This document shows positions 14,543 through 34,715 of a DNA stretch of 64,000 nucleotides, piece by piece. A model generated the notes under the pieces. The model worked only from the letters and a program-made list of their open reading frames with translations. It was not told the DNA's origin and did no database searches. The translations under genes and the position numbers were made by a program. Source of the DNA: the human T2T-CHM13v2.0 reference genome, Homo sapiens. Where the stretch lies: the NCBI RefSeq assembly GCF_009914755.1, contig NC_060925.1. One strand, 5' to 3'. The stretch's first letter is position 1. Each line of letters opens with the position of its first letter.

Positions 14543-16281
14543 TATATTATATAACTTTAAATAGTATAGGAGTGATTTGTTCCTGAAAAATTTGTCTTCA
14601 TTCCTTTCATGCAGAGAAATTCTTTAAGACTCATTTATATCTTCTTTCAATAGGATTAGTCTTTTCAGATATTTTACTCTTTTTGAGTGAGTGTGCTATA
14701 TATATTTTTTCAAAGAATAGTCAACCTAAAAGAAATATTTTCTTATTGTCACATCATTGTGTATTATACTTCATTCCCCACTGCTTCTCCAGTGCCCATT
14801 AAGCTCCAGGTGCACTGGTTTCTCTATAATTTCTCAGAGGCACCTAGGTGTTACTCTTTTTAGCCACCTCCCTCCACGCTCTTCCCACTTCCTAGAATAT
14901 GCCTCTCCCACTCTTCAAATCGTATAAGTTACTATGGAAAAATATAGGTGTACATCATATTAAAATACAACCTTAACGTTCAAAGTAGGAGATAATTATT
15001 CAGTTTCGAATTCTCTTCCCCCAATCTTCAAAAGATGGTTTTTGTTTTCTTTATTATACTTGCCATACCTTCTTATTATGCTTATTTCTGTCTCCACTAT
15101 CATGTTTTGTGTTCACTCCTTCATGAGAGAGCAGTCATTTCAGCTTTTTCACCATTGTGATCTCTGGTTAATAAATTAATGAAGTTGATTTATTAGTATT
15201 ACTTTTCCATAGATTTATTTTGATGCTCTTCAGGTGGCTTTCGGATTAAAAGTGTTTTCTTCCTTGTAATTTTTTTTCATTTTTATAAACTAAAGGGAAA
15301 AAAAAGGCTATGGATTGTACTTTGGTAAAATTTTGACTGTAACCCATGTCTATATCGTTTGTCACTAATTTCTGAAGGCCTTCACATGAAATGTAATCAA
15401 TGATTCTTAAAGTAAAACATTTTGATTATTGATGATTTCTAATGAGTCTGTAGTTATAATTTGGAAGAGTTTTTAATATATCCATTATTTAAGAGAGTTT
15501 TTCTACATTTCTGGTGCTTTAATTTCTTATTGCTACTAATTATTAGCTGATAAAAGTTAATTGGCTTTTACAATTTCTGCCTTTTAGGATTTGTAGAATA
15601 ATTTTTACAGCTCTATGTGTGATATTTATGAATATTCTGTGAATATTGGGTAAATTATATATTCTCCATAGGATAAAAGCTTAGATATATATTTGTCAGA
15701 TTTATTATATTTATTATTATTCTCTTTTAATGATATTATTCAAATATATTTTACTTAAATTTTTTTGGTCAAGGATTCTTACTGCTCTTTTGCTCTTTTC
15801 ATTTTCCCTGTATATGTAAATTGTTTTCACTTCATTTGTATTACATTTTATGAGACACAGGTGTTTATGCATTATGCCTATATAGTAAATTTTACTATAT
15901 ATCCATTTGCCCTTAAAAAAATGTATGTGCATTTTATGCATAATTCTAGTAAACAGCTTATGGTTGAATTTCCTTTTTTAATTAAATATTAGCCTATTAA
16001 TAGGGAATTTTAACTTTATGAATATTTTGATGTATTGGATTTTATTTCTTCATCCAGTTTCATTATTTTAAATAATTATTTAATAATTGTTTAATAACTA
16101 TAAATATTTTTATTGCTAAGTGAGATAAGATATCTTTTTGATTGTCTTTTCAAATATATTTGACAACATACTGACATAACCTTGAAGTTTAAAGCAAATC
16201 AGCATACTTTTATTGTATGCATGGTATGAAAGATAATATAAATGTTTTACATTGTGATATATAATATATATATATATATAA

Positions 16282-16485
<204 letters not shown>

Positions 16486-17026
16486 TAAATGCTTAAATAA
16501 TATCTCTTCCGTAAATGTAATATTTTTAATTGTCAGTAAAACCATACATATATATGTAAATATATTTAAATACAATATCTTAAATTCAAGTTAGGAGATT
16601 CAATTATTAAAGGTTTGTTGAATTCATAAGAGGATTTATATACCCAAACTATTAAATTATGTTTATGTTTATGAAATATCGTCATGTTAGTAACATTTTT
16701 CGTGTACTATTTTAGATTATCTATTTTATTCTGTCTCTTCAGCATATGTTTAGCAGAAGTGGGCCTTAGATACAAGTCTGTCTTGATTTACTTAATGGAA
16801 GCTAATATAAGCACTCCCTAATAACAATATACTTATGTAAATATTTATCACTGATATTTAAAATATTTTCATCAAAGTAAAGGTGTACATGAAAAATTAC
16901 TTAGAATTAAATTTCATTATAATAATGAAAATAACAGCTGCATGTTACATTCCCCACCCACAATTCTGTTTGCCAGGCAACCACTTTTAACCATTTCTAT
17001 TTTTGGGTCTCCTTATAGTTTCCTTC

Positions 17027-17048
17027 ATATATATATATATATATATAT
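17027..17048. repeat. (AT)11 microsatellite
   Basis: Read directly from the sequence. Confidence 0.9.
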
Positions 17049-18580
17049 AAACAATATTGTATACTGCTCTTTCTAGAGTTACTAACATTACCAATTGATC
17101 TGAGCCTATGGAGGAAGGAGACCTAGTACTCTACTTTGGGCTTTCTCTACTGGTTAACATTGTAAATAGAATTATTTAAGCCTGTATGTACTTTGTTGTC
17201 AGCAACTTCTAGGTCTTTCTATCTTTGCCACTTCTAGTTCTTCCTCTCTTACATATGTTACATATGCACATATGCATGTGCACAATCACTGGTATGAATG
17301 CAAAGTCAAAAGAGAAAATATAAAAACAGCTTATTTTCCAAACTGCTTTACTAAGCCCTCTGCAAAGTTTTAGTTCTTTCTGCTCAGATTTATGAAATAA
17401 AAACTCCCTGTGTTAAATGTCAAAAAAGTCCAGCAAGATAGCTTTGATTTTATTTCCACATTACCTTTTTCTTTTATAATATCTTTATAATAAAAATGAC
17501 TTCATTGACTCTTTCCTATTAAATTGTAAATAATTTATAGCAGTCATAGACTCAGCTGAACATTCACACTCACATCTTAATAGGCCAGATCTGAAACATT
17601 TCACCTGGAAAGACACAGAACAAAAAGCACAGCATGCTAGCAAGGGAGCCTGGCAGTGGGAATCCTTGCAGCGGGAATCCTTGCAGCAGTGCACACAGCA
17701 ATCCAGCTACTTTTCTTATGACACTCTCAAAGACAACTGAGATATGAGAGAATGAGACCACATGTGTAGGTGTAGGAGCTGCATTCCAAAAGGAATCAGT
17801 ATCTCTTATACTATTTCCATGGGCATAGCTTCCAGACATGCCAACAGGGGTGTGCTCAGTTATGAGCGGGCACTGCACTCAGGGAAACCCAAAGCTGGTA
17901 CTTCCCATGAGGACAATAGAGTTCACATATAGCACTCCCTGTTCAGGTGTAGTTTAGCAATCAAGGGTCATTTTGCCATTAGCAATGTTGTCTGGTAACC
18001 AGCTAATATTCCACTTTTATCAGGTTTCCAGGTCAACGGAGCCAAAAAATTAGCCCTCATCTTTTTCCACAAAGGAGACAACATTGTATTCACTCTCTGC
18101 TCACAATATCATTATCCTAAGAGATAAATAATATAGTTTCTTTTAAAATAGTGATATCTGTTCCAGGAAAGGACTTGGGCTGTGAATTGCTAGGGTACAG
18201 CTACTAGGGATGTGTTGTTGGGTTTCCCCGGCATAATATTCCACCACCTGTACTTTGACATCATTGTCAATTGAACTCCTGGGGACCCTTTCTTCTTGCT
18301 CTGATCTGGACTCTCACATGCCATCTTGAAATATTCCCCCATCAGTTTTCTGGTTTAGATTTGCTGTATCACACATAGTTATTTTTTTTTCTGTCTGAGT
18401 TCACTGATATATGTTCTCTAGTGTAAGAAAAATAATTCTAATTCTCCCATACAAAAAAAATTTTTATTCTGCTCTGGCACTTGTTCAGTGTATCGACTTG
18501 GTATAAAATTCTAAGTTAAAAATTTTAGAATTTAAAAATTATTTCTGTCTTATTTTCCTGAATCCAATTTTACTTTCTAA

Positions 18581-19017
<437 letters not shown>

Positions 19018-20761
19018 CTGAATCTTTTTCATTCATTTTTTCTGGATGCTATTGACCTTTGTAACCTGAAGATTTATATATCTGAGAATTCTTTGCTCCA
19101 TTTTCTTCCCATAGTCTTTGGTTGAGTCTATTAGTCATAAAACTCATAAGTTGACTTATTATTTTGGCATTCCCCTTTGGTGTTGATGTTTTCCTTAAAA
19201 GCTTGGTTCTTATTGGTAGTCTAGTCATAGTCACAGTGAGACAACAGGAAAGGTTGATTAGATGTTCTGTGGTCCTTAGAAGATCTTGGTGACTGAGGAG
19301 ATTTCCTATGATATTGCTGATTTATTTTTTTCTGATATCATTCATTATCACCAAAAACTAATTAATCCCCAGAAATTAATCTCCAGAATTACCCTACTCC
19401 TTGTTGTGTGGTAAAGTGTGAAAAAGTGGTTCTTCTCACAGTAGGACAGGAAGATAGGTGTCCAACTATTGCATATGTGGACAATTACATTGTCCTCCTA
19501 ATTTTAGTCCTGTGCCTCATCCCTTCCCTGTACTGAGCCTGACTTTATTCTCAGTCTCTCACTGCTTTCATTTAATTTTCCTTTTGTCTTCTCCTCCCTG
19601 GTAGTATTTTTTCAAGAAGATATTTTTTGTTATTGTTGTTGTTGTTGTTATTGTTTTTGTAAATAGACATTTGACTTCCATGTTCTGACCCATGATTCAC
19701 ATTTACTGCATATGTCACTTTCAAACCTGAGACTCAGGCATTCTGAGTAAATGGAATCTATTCCTTTGATTTAGGCTGTGGCCTCCTTTCTTTTGTTTTC
19801 TACCTTCTACAACTTGTTGAAATTGCTCTACTTCTAATTTCCCTTCTCTCATTTTCACTGTCATTATAAATCTATGGCATTTTCAGTTTTTTAATATTAG
19901 CAGGGTTCCTGGAAAGAAGGGGGAAACACATGTGTGCTTAGAATGCAAGCTTTATCTGAAGACTTGGCTATTTTATTAAGTTTGTTGAGAAAAGTCTGAT
20001 GCTGCTTAATATTTTTGTAGAACTTAATCTAATTATTATGGATTGGAATGCTAACTTACAGTCATTTGCAGTTTCTTGCAAAATCTTACTTCAGAGTATT
20101 CTAGAAGTTAGATGTTGCCTCTGATGAGGTTTTTATTCACAAAATCTGGAAACAATCATGCTGATTGATATATGTATACTAGTAATCACTGGTATGGATT
20201 GACAATTTCAGTGAAAGGAATTTCAGATAGAGATAAGACAAGGAACACTTTGGGTCATTTTAGGAGCCTATTGCAATAAGAACTTCTTCCCTAAAAATGT
20301 TCACTGCAATCCACCTATATATTCACATTCATGTATCCCATCCATTTTTATATATGCCGGCAGTATAAATACCCCTTTAAAGGAGATAAAATTATTTCTA
20401 TTTTATATATGAGGAAACTCAAGTTTGGATAATTTAATCTATTTGCCCTATGAGTCAAAGAAATGACAGAGCCTGAATTCAAGCTCAGGTCTTACAGTCT
20501 GTATCTGAAATTACTTTCAATATTCCTGTTTGTATGAGTTTCCAGTTACAGAAATTTTGATCATGAGATGAACTGTTTCTGGCAGCTGTTTGCTTGATAG
20601 AGTCATTTCCTTCTTTCCAGTTGTAGAAAAACTGTCTCATGCTCAAGGCCTCCACTTGCCATACAGAAAATACATCCCCTCTACTTCCTTATCACCCTAC
20701 TTATTTTTTTCAGAGTATATGAAAAAATGCATAATTATTTCATTTGTTCACTTACCTTTCT

Positions 20762-21075
20762 TTTTTCTTTTCTTTTCTTTCCTTTTTTTTTTTTTCTTGA
20801 CAGAGTCTTGCTCTGTCGTCCAGGTTGGAGTACAGTGGTGCAATCTTGGCTCACTGCAACCTCTGCCTCCTCGGTTCAAGTGATTCTCATCCCTTAGCCT
20901 CCCAAGTAGTTGGCATTACAGACACACACCATGCCTGGCTAATTTTTTGTATATTTAGTAGAGATGAGGTTTCACCATGTTGGCCAGGCTGCTCTCAAAC
21001 TCCTGGCCTCAAGTGATCCACACGCCTCGGCCTCCCAAAGTGCTGGGGTTACAGGGGTAAGCCACTGCGCCTGTC
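20762..21075 (-). mobile_element. Alu element (AluS/J-like) in intron 15
   Basis: Alu consensus; 17-nt TSD tgttcacttacctttct (20745-20761) / tgttcagttacctttct (21076-21092). Confidence 0.95.
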
Positions 21076-21089
21076 TGTTCAGTTACCTT

Positions 21090-21600
21090 TCTAGTGTCTG
21101 TTTCCCCCAAAGAGAATGCAAATTTCCTGAAAACTAATATTATCTCTGCCTTATATTCTATAGCATTTCCACGGACTGTCTTCCTTTTTATCTTCACAGC
21201 CCTTATATCTTCTCACCTACATGACCATTTACTTATTTCTTCTGTTCATTATTAATTATCTATTTTTCTTCACTAGAGAGTAAGTTCCATGAGGACAGGA
21301 CCCTTGTTTTTCTTTATGTAGATATCCTAAGTACCTAGAGCTGAGTTTGGCAGATGACCAAAAGCCAAAAATATTTTTTTTGTGAATAGTGAATAATTAG
21401 TACTTACTACTTCCCAGCCACCGTGCTACGTGTTTACTGTGAATCAACACCTTTAGCCACATTTTAGGATTTTGGGAAAGGAGGGACAAAGATAATAAGG
21501 AATCTGGCCAAGTTCCCAACTAAGAAGTGGTAGAGCTAGGATTGGAAGCTAAGCAGTCGGGCTCTGGAGCTGAGGCTCTTAAGTCACCGCATTATTTTGC
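21090..21600. mobile_element. L2 3'-end fragments (+) followed by a MIR fragment (-)
   Basis: cactagagagtaagttccatgaggacagggaccc..gtacctagagc is the L2 3' end; gtggtagagctaggattggaagctaagcagtc is antisense MIR. Confidence 0.65.
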
Positions 21601-22233
21601 TGCATTTTCACTACATAAGAAAAGGTGAATATACTGGAGATATTTCCAACACACCCTCTCTTCTATGCCCTTTCCCTAGGAAAGGGCAGGATTTCACATT
21701 AAACTTAGTGAATATTTAAGTCAGGGTAAGTCTTATCCTAACTATAGAATGAAACCATTTTTGTCTCTTAGTGAATGGATTTTACACCTCAGTGAACAGG
21801 TAAGAGGGTTTATCTTTGTGAAGTAGAAGTCTTTCTCATCCCCTTAAGAGGCTACCCACTTCTGCATATAAAGTTAAACTATATGAGTTTGTCTCCAAAA
21901 TTTATAATAACTGGATTACCTCCTTGATCCCTTCAAAATGAAGTGTCTGATAAAAAAAGAGAATTAAATTTAAATGTGTCTTATGAAAGAACATTATTTA
22001 ATCAAAAGAAAGATAATTATTCTTCTATTCTTACTCTCCTTAAATATAAAATGTTTTCATTGGTTCAGAACAATATAGCCAAAATCACAGAATTAGAAAT
22101 TTATTGTATTTGACCTTATTCTAAAATGTTTATTTTTTAAAACCTCACAATAAATTTAAAAATATTAAAATATAAATACTTTGGAGGTGATTATTCAACC
22201 AGTCTAGCAAGTTATTTGACAATCGTTCTCTGA

Positions 22234-22365
<132 letters not shown>

Positions 22366-22809
22366 TAAGAGTTGATTTTAAATTTTTAAATAATAATGGT
22401 ATTAGTAATGGTGCAAACGCATATCCATATGGCAGTGATGGAACCAGTTAAATGAAATATGTGAACTAGAGAGAAGACAGCATACAGCCCACTTCATGAC
22501 ACAACTTTTAATCAAAAACTTTTAGTATGGTTTTATTGGTTTGAATTAAACATTAATATTATTTTCTAAATTTACTAATAATGTTGTGGACTTGTTTAAT
22601 AATAACCAGTGAAAAGAATGTGTGTGGTTTTTAGTACAAAGTGGGTCAGAGGGATCTAGGAGTGTCAAAAGAAAAAGAAAGGAGGGAGATGTCTGGGGAA
22701 GTTAATGTGTTTCTTTGGTCAGAAACAACCACATCTTATGAAAAACAGAAGATTTAAAATAAAATCATTTAGCTACTTATGTGAGTTTAGCAGACAATTC
22801 TTGGTTGTT

Positions 22810-22970
22810 TTCTTTCCTCCCTCACCCTCCTCTCTCCTCTCTGACTCTGCTTTCTCCCATCCTTCTGTCCTCCCTCTGCTCAAGGCTCTTCCTCCCTTCC
22901 CTCCTTTCCTCTTCTCCTCTCCTCTCTTCCCCTTTTCTTATCCCTGACTTCCTTCCTTTGTTCCTTCAAT
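22810..22970. repeat. CT-rich polypyrimidine low-complexity tract
   Basis: About 160 nt of nearly pure C/T upstream of exon 17. Confidence 0.85.
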
Positions 22971-23052
22971 ATATTCATTAAATATAAGTAAAATACCAAT
23001 TGAATTTTGTGCTTCTTGAGAATATAGAAACTTATTTTTCCTATTTTCACAG

Positions 23053-23087
23053 CAATTTAGATGAACAGCAGGAGCTTGTTGAAAGGG
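23053..23087 (+). CDS. PTPRC: CD45 exon 17 (35 nt, phase 2/1), juxtamembrane
   Basis: ttcacag|CAATTT ... GAAAGGG|gtaagt; CNLDEQQELVER; restores the frame between exons 16 and 18. Confidence 0.95.
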
Positions 23088-23148
23088 GTAAGTATGTATA
23101 TTTTTGCTGATGACTATTCCTTCCCCTGCATTTGAATCCATTCATTTT

Positions 23149-23468
<320 letters not shown>

Positions 23469-23539
23469 TAAATAAGAATTGGGCATTTTTAGTTTAACTT
23501 GGACTTTTGTTGATACAGTGATAAAACTTAAATTCCTTT

Positions 23540-24420
23540 ACTCACTCAGCACCTGTGAAGTTCCCAGTGTACGCCAAGCATTGTGCCAGGTACTGAGAGT
23601 ACTACAGTGACAGGCACAGACTCTGCCCTTAAAGGGTTTAGAATCTAATAGAGGAAAGCAGATATCTCAACAAATATGACGGTAATTTGATACATGCCCT
23701 AGTAGTTGAATGTGTATAGTTCTATAGATATATGGAAGATAGAAAACTGTGTGCAAGGGCAGAAATCTGGTCTGTTAAGATTGTGGGGAACCAATGGACA
23801 AATGAGGGAGTGGTGGAGGGACGAGTGGATGGAAGTCACAGAGATGGGGAGATGGGATGTCTCCTCAAGTCCCTGCCAGGGTGGAATGGTGGCTGCTCCC
23901 ACTAAAGACACATTTATGGATTGGACAAAGAACAGCAATTTGACTTGGGAGAAGAAAACACATTTGTTTATCTTTTTTTTCAACATTTATATTCTTTAAT
24001 TTTTTAAAAATGTGATTTCTGATCCAGTAAAAGGGGACAAAGTTTCAGAAATTGAACCTTTGTTTACAATAAAGAAATGTACTTGCTTTCTCATGCTTAA
24101 GACAGGAATAATTTCAGAACTCCTTTGTCTGTGTTAATCTGTGTTGGAAGTGTTTCCCTCTGGTAATAGCAGGTACCAGGTCTCTATGCAGAAACTTTAG
24201 GGCTGAATCTTTGGAGCTCCTTAAAAGGCTTTATTTTTCTTTGCAGAATGTAACACTATCTGATCCCTTATTACATATTTATTCATTTGGTCATTGACTA
24301 TCCTCTCCTAACTAGAATGTAAGCTTTGTGAAAGCGTGGAGGCTTTTTTCTTATTCACTGCTTTATGCCCAGTACCAAAGTGAGTACCTAGGATTTGATA
24401 AATATTAGTGAATAAATAAC
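23540..24420. mobile_element. L2 fragments (about 23540-23760 minus; about 24250-24420 plus)
   Basis: ccaagcattgtgccaggtactgag..ctctgcccttaaagggtttagaatcta; actagaatgtaagctttgtgaaagc..ttattcactgct. Confidence 0.6.
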
Positions 24421-25513
24421 ACTGACATAGGGTATCGTGAGGATTCATTTTGATAGGCTGAGGGAGGAATGAAGAGTACAATCAGTAATAAACACCTGAG
24501 CAGAACAGGAAAATCCATCTCAAGGAGTTAAGGTGGACTTGGAAAGTGTCAATGAAATATTTTATCTCAAAATTGGTACCGATTGCACCTTGGAACGCAG
24601 TAGAATTTACTCACTCAGACCCCATGAAACCCTGAATGTGGCCCTCAGTTCAGAATGAATGAATACCAGGCATTCCCAACAACCTAAAGAAACAATTGCA
24701 CATAGCCAGTTTGAGAGCTGTGATTGTATAGAAAGTTTCCATGGGCAATAAGATAAATGGGTCACCCTCATGGATAACTTCTTTCTTTATCTGATAAACT
24801 GGTAAAATTAATATGATTACTGAAAGAAACACTATCAGTAGTACATGGAAGAGTAGGAGAAACATAATTTTACATATGCGACAGCTTAAATTCTCTTACC
24901 TTTCTAAAGCTGTTGGTTTTCAAGTTCCATATGCAATTGTAGCTTTTTATGGTTAGTATACTTTTTAATCTTCAGTAAGTTATTTCACAAACATGGTATA
25001 TAATGTGTTTCATATACTTGAAGCATAACAAATTAATACAACTTGTTTCACCATTTAGTGTAAACAGATGATCAAATTAAGCTGAGTCATGGGTATAAGG
25101 GTATTAATCATATTGTCTTATTTCATTTGCATGTTTACAGTATTTCACAAGTTGAAAATGAAAATACAAAGAAAAATAATATTGTATTATAAATAAATAA
25201 TTATAGTAATTGCTATAAAATGCATATAGTCAAACGTGAATGTCCTTATAATGGTGATGTTTGGTCTGGGATCCCTTCTCTTAAGCATAGAAAATGGGGA
25301 AGAACATTCTAGTAGAGAGAACAATATAAAGCCCAGAAGAGATCTGAAGTACAAGATTGAAAAGTCATTGATTTATAGGTAAATGTTTGTATGTGAGTGA
25401 GATTTCTCAGATGAAATGTGTACGAGGAGGAAAGAAGCTAAAGGATTGAGTACACGGTGTAAATTTAATGAAATGTGTATGCCCACCTGAAAGACACATG
25501 TAACTAGTATTGA

Positions 25514-25663
<150 letters not shown>

Positions 25664-26179
25664 TGATGATAAATTCGACATCAAGACAGTTCCACTTTAA
25701 GTGTATTTATATTGCCATTTGCCTTTATAATTTATCCCACTTGATATTGCAACATAAGCAAAGTAGATATTATTAGCAGATCTCTATGAACCAGAAGAGA
25801 GACTCATAGAGGTTGACGGGATTATAGTGTAGAGCTAGTAAATATTTTAATGTAGTGCTTTATTGTATTATGAAGTTGTGTCACAAAATGTATTTGGCTG
25901 ATTTTGTAGTTGTACTCTAGATACTCATCCAAGTATCTGTTTTTAAATGAATTTGATAGTGACACAACAACTAATCCTAAATTTGTCCCCACTCAAGAGA
26001 TTTGTTCTGAAAGTTGTCAATCATTAATTTGTAAGAAAAAAGTTTTTTTTTTAACATAATTCCTGATCTTAATTTTGATTACTCTAAGCAAATTTTTTTA
26101 TCAATATGAAGAAAATATTTTACAGGATATCTCATTTACTCAAAACGGTCATTGGTAAGGGGGAAATTATTTTTCCTGA

Positions 26180-26535
<356 letters not shown>

Positions 26536-28111
26536 TAAAATTTTAGAAATATTATTAAAAATATTTTGAAGTGAGCCCATATGTCACTGATATAAACAAA
26601 AAATTATCAATATTAGCAAGGATAGTTATTTATTATGTGACTATTGGTATTAGGTATAACATAGAATTTTCCTCTACAAACAAAATTATATTAAGAATTA
26701 ATTTAATATACTCTGGTGTCTATTATGTGCTAGATATTAGACTAAATATTCTATGCATATATTTCTCACAAGAAGTCCACATTTGCCTCAGCCATGTGCC
26801 GTATAGGTGAGGACTGGGAGGCTCAGTTTAGTTAATTACCTTGTTGTTGTTCACACAATTGGTAAATATTTGAGTTGAAATTCAACCAGAGTCTGACTGA
26901 CTCCAAAATGTTATGCTTTAATTTCATCACACTAAATTTCAGCAGACATTCCTCATCAACATGATCATCTATCCATTGGATTTATGCAGAAATGTAAATG
27001 TCCGTACGTGGTTAATTTATTTAAAATATTTTAAAATTTAATTTATTATACAAATGTTAATTAATGTATTACATAGGTTAAATAATTTTAAACAGTATAA
27101 AAATATATACAGACTGAAAAAATTCTTTTTGTCTCCCCAAATCTGCCATTTTCCCAGTGTCCTCACCTACCAGAAATAACTATATTTTCTATTCAAATAT
27201 ATATGGTAATTATGGTATCAGGTTACTTATGTTTCCCCAATGGAACTTAGAGCTCCCTGAAAGCATGTGTCTTCTGCTTTTAGATAGGTGATTGACATAT
27301 TGTAGCTATTCAATAAATACTTATTAAATAAATGAATGTATGCGCAATAATGTGTCATGAGATAGAAGTTTCAGGAAGTTACTTAAATTAATGTTGAATT
27401 CTTGTGACCCATGTTTCAAATTTAATCCAATGGCAAAGGTCATCCCTCTCTGAAGAGCTCCTTTAGTTACTGAGGTGAATTTAGGAGTCTGAGATAATTC
27501 TGGAAGAAGCCAGTATAATATTTTATCTGCCTCTGTACTCCTTTATCTTGGTAACAGGAGCAGAGAAAGCAGACATAGTAGGTAATGAAATGAAAGTTAT
27601 TATATCTCTTATCTGAAATGGCAAAGAAGTCTAGGGAATCATATTCCAGCAGAAGTTAAGAGGTGAAAATGCGGGTAAAATCTAAGAATGATTTGTTTAA
27701 AGAAATTGAGTAAAAATCCCAAAAGTAACTACATGGCTGGTGAGCTTGTTTAAATAGTGGTAGATGATCCTATAAGAGTTGGCAGGATATAAAATGTTGA
27801 AATGTCTAGAGCACTCTTGTAAATTACCACAGCATCGCAGATGAAGATGAAACCTAGTATTAAAATTGTTTGAAGTTTACAGCAAAGATACATGAAAGTC
27901 ATGAATATTCTTTGCAAATGCTAACATGTTTAGCACAATTAAATGCCTGACCACCAATTAATAAGATTCCCTTAATACTTTGAAACTGCCCAGAGAAATT
28001 CACAATCACAAAATGATGGATCTGAAGCAATTCCTCTAACTCACAATTTTTCCTGTTAATGAGTAATTGAATGTTCAGCAAATGACATATCTCTGCATGT
28101 GTTTTCAATAG

Positions 28112-28148
28112 GGTTTCAAAGAACCCAGGAAATACATTGCTGCACAAG
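28112..28148 (+). CDS. PTPRC: CD45 exon 21 (37 nt), D1
   Basis: caatag|GGTTTC ... GCACAAG|gtaatt; GFKEPRKYIAAQ. Confidence 0.96.
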
Positions 28149-28243
28149 GTAATTTCTTTGATAATCCAATATTCTTTTTGAAAAATTTTTATAGCACTTT
28201 TAAGAAAATTTTTCTTATCAGCTTTTATTTGTTTACCTCCTAG

Positions 28244-28341
28244 GTCCCAGGGATGAAACTGTTGATGATTTCTGGAGGATGATTTGGGAACAGAAAGCCA
28301 CAGTTATTGTCATGGTCACTCGATGTGAAGAAGGAAACAGG
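28244..28341 (+). CDS. PTPRC: CD45 exon 22 (98 nt), D1
   Basis: tcctag|GTCCCA ... AACAGG|gtaaga; [33 protein letters not shown]. Confidence 0.97.
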
Positions 28342-29042
28342 GTAAGAACCAAGAAGATTCATAGTGTGGGTCTTGGGGTTAGGAAAACAAGGTGTTGAAT
28401 GGCATTTTGAAAAGCCACATGTATCTGCCTGATGACTAAAACAGAGAGTTCTCTATTTTAATCAGTGTTAACATTTAATTTAAAATTTTCATACATGTAG
28501 AAAACTAAAACTTTTAACATACAAATATATGTCTATATGCATAAAATTTCAATGCTTCTGATTAATTGCTAGACTCTTAACTTGATTCCTGTTTCTTTGC
28601 AGTATTGTTATAAGTTCAGTATATTTCACTGTTTTAACTTCACAAGACCTTAATACTCGAAACAAAACTGACCTTGGGCAGATAGGTGGTGAGTCATGTA
28701 ATGTGACTTTAGGAATAAAAGCCTCTCTGTCCCCCTACCTAAAATTAACCACAAGCAATCATATCCTTTTTGCTGACAACTGATTATGTCCTCTCTTAAC
28801 ATGCATCTAAGCCTGGAAAGATCATCCTGCTAAAAAGTATGAAGGAAATTCTTCAGGACACATTAGTGGGAAATAGAATATATTTCAAGCATCACAGCTT
28901 AAGGTTTATATGTGCTTAAACTATACAACTGTTTTGAGAATTTCAAATGAGTATAGGTTTTGTTTTCACTGTTTAAAGAAAGTTTGATAAAAAATTGGCT
29001 TAAATTAAAAATTAAAATACTTAATAATTTTTTAAAATGTAG

Positions 29043-29186
<144 letters not shown>

Positions 29187-29669
29187 TAATTTTTGTTTTG
29201 ATACTTTTTTATAAAAATATAATTATGGAATATTAAAAGTGAGAAAATAAAATATATCAGGAAAAATTATTTTTGATAACCTTTAGGATGAAAGCTGTGG
29301 TTAGAACAATGACAAAAATCAATAGGGTCAAATTTAAGTCACTGGTCAAGACGTTTTTGTCCAACTCAAATCGAAAGAATTATACTGTATTAATTAATTA
29401 TCTGTTTTAATTATTAAAAAAAGAGGGAAGGTCCATTAAATGTGTTGAAAATATAATCAAATTATTAAAAGAATAAGCAATTTGTCTTCATTGTCAGTGA
29501 GTTCCTACTTTTATGAAAAAAAATTATATTATTTCCATAAGAGAAATGACAGCATTAGAGAACACTGTAAGAAGTATAAAGTTCTAACTATGCAGCAGAG
29601 ATAGAATGTTTAGTTCAGAAAATAAGGAGGTCATTGTGGCCTTAGATAATAGTTAAAATAGAGATCGTC

Positions 29670-29938
29670 ATGCATGTTATATAATTCCATTATATGAAAA
29701 ATCCACAATAGGCAAGTCAATAAAGACAGAAAGTAGATCAGTGGTTGCCTGGAGCTGAGGAGGTCAAACAGAAATGGGGAGTGGCTGCAAATAAGAACAG
29801 GCTTTCATTTTGTGATGGTGAAAATGTTCTATAATTAGATATTGGTGATGGTTGTACTATTTAGTGAATGTAATATGAATACCAAATTGTACATTTTAAA
29901 CTGGTGAACTTTATGGTATGTAAAATGTGTATCTCTTA
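29670..29938 (+). mobile_element. Old L1M (L1MB/ME-like) 3' UTR; its last bases resume at about 34716-34747 after a younger L1 insertion
   Basis: agacagaaagtagatcagtggttgcct..gatggtgaaaatgttcta..ggtgaactttatggtatgtaaaat; continuation ..gatagagctgtttaaaaaa after the insertion. Confidence 0.75.
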
Positions 29939-29939
29939 T

Positions 29940-34715
<4,776 letters not shown>

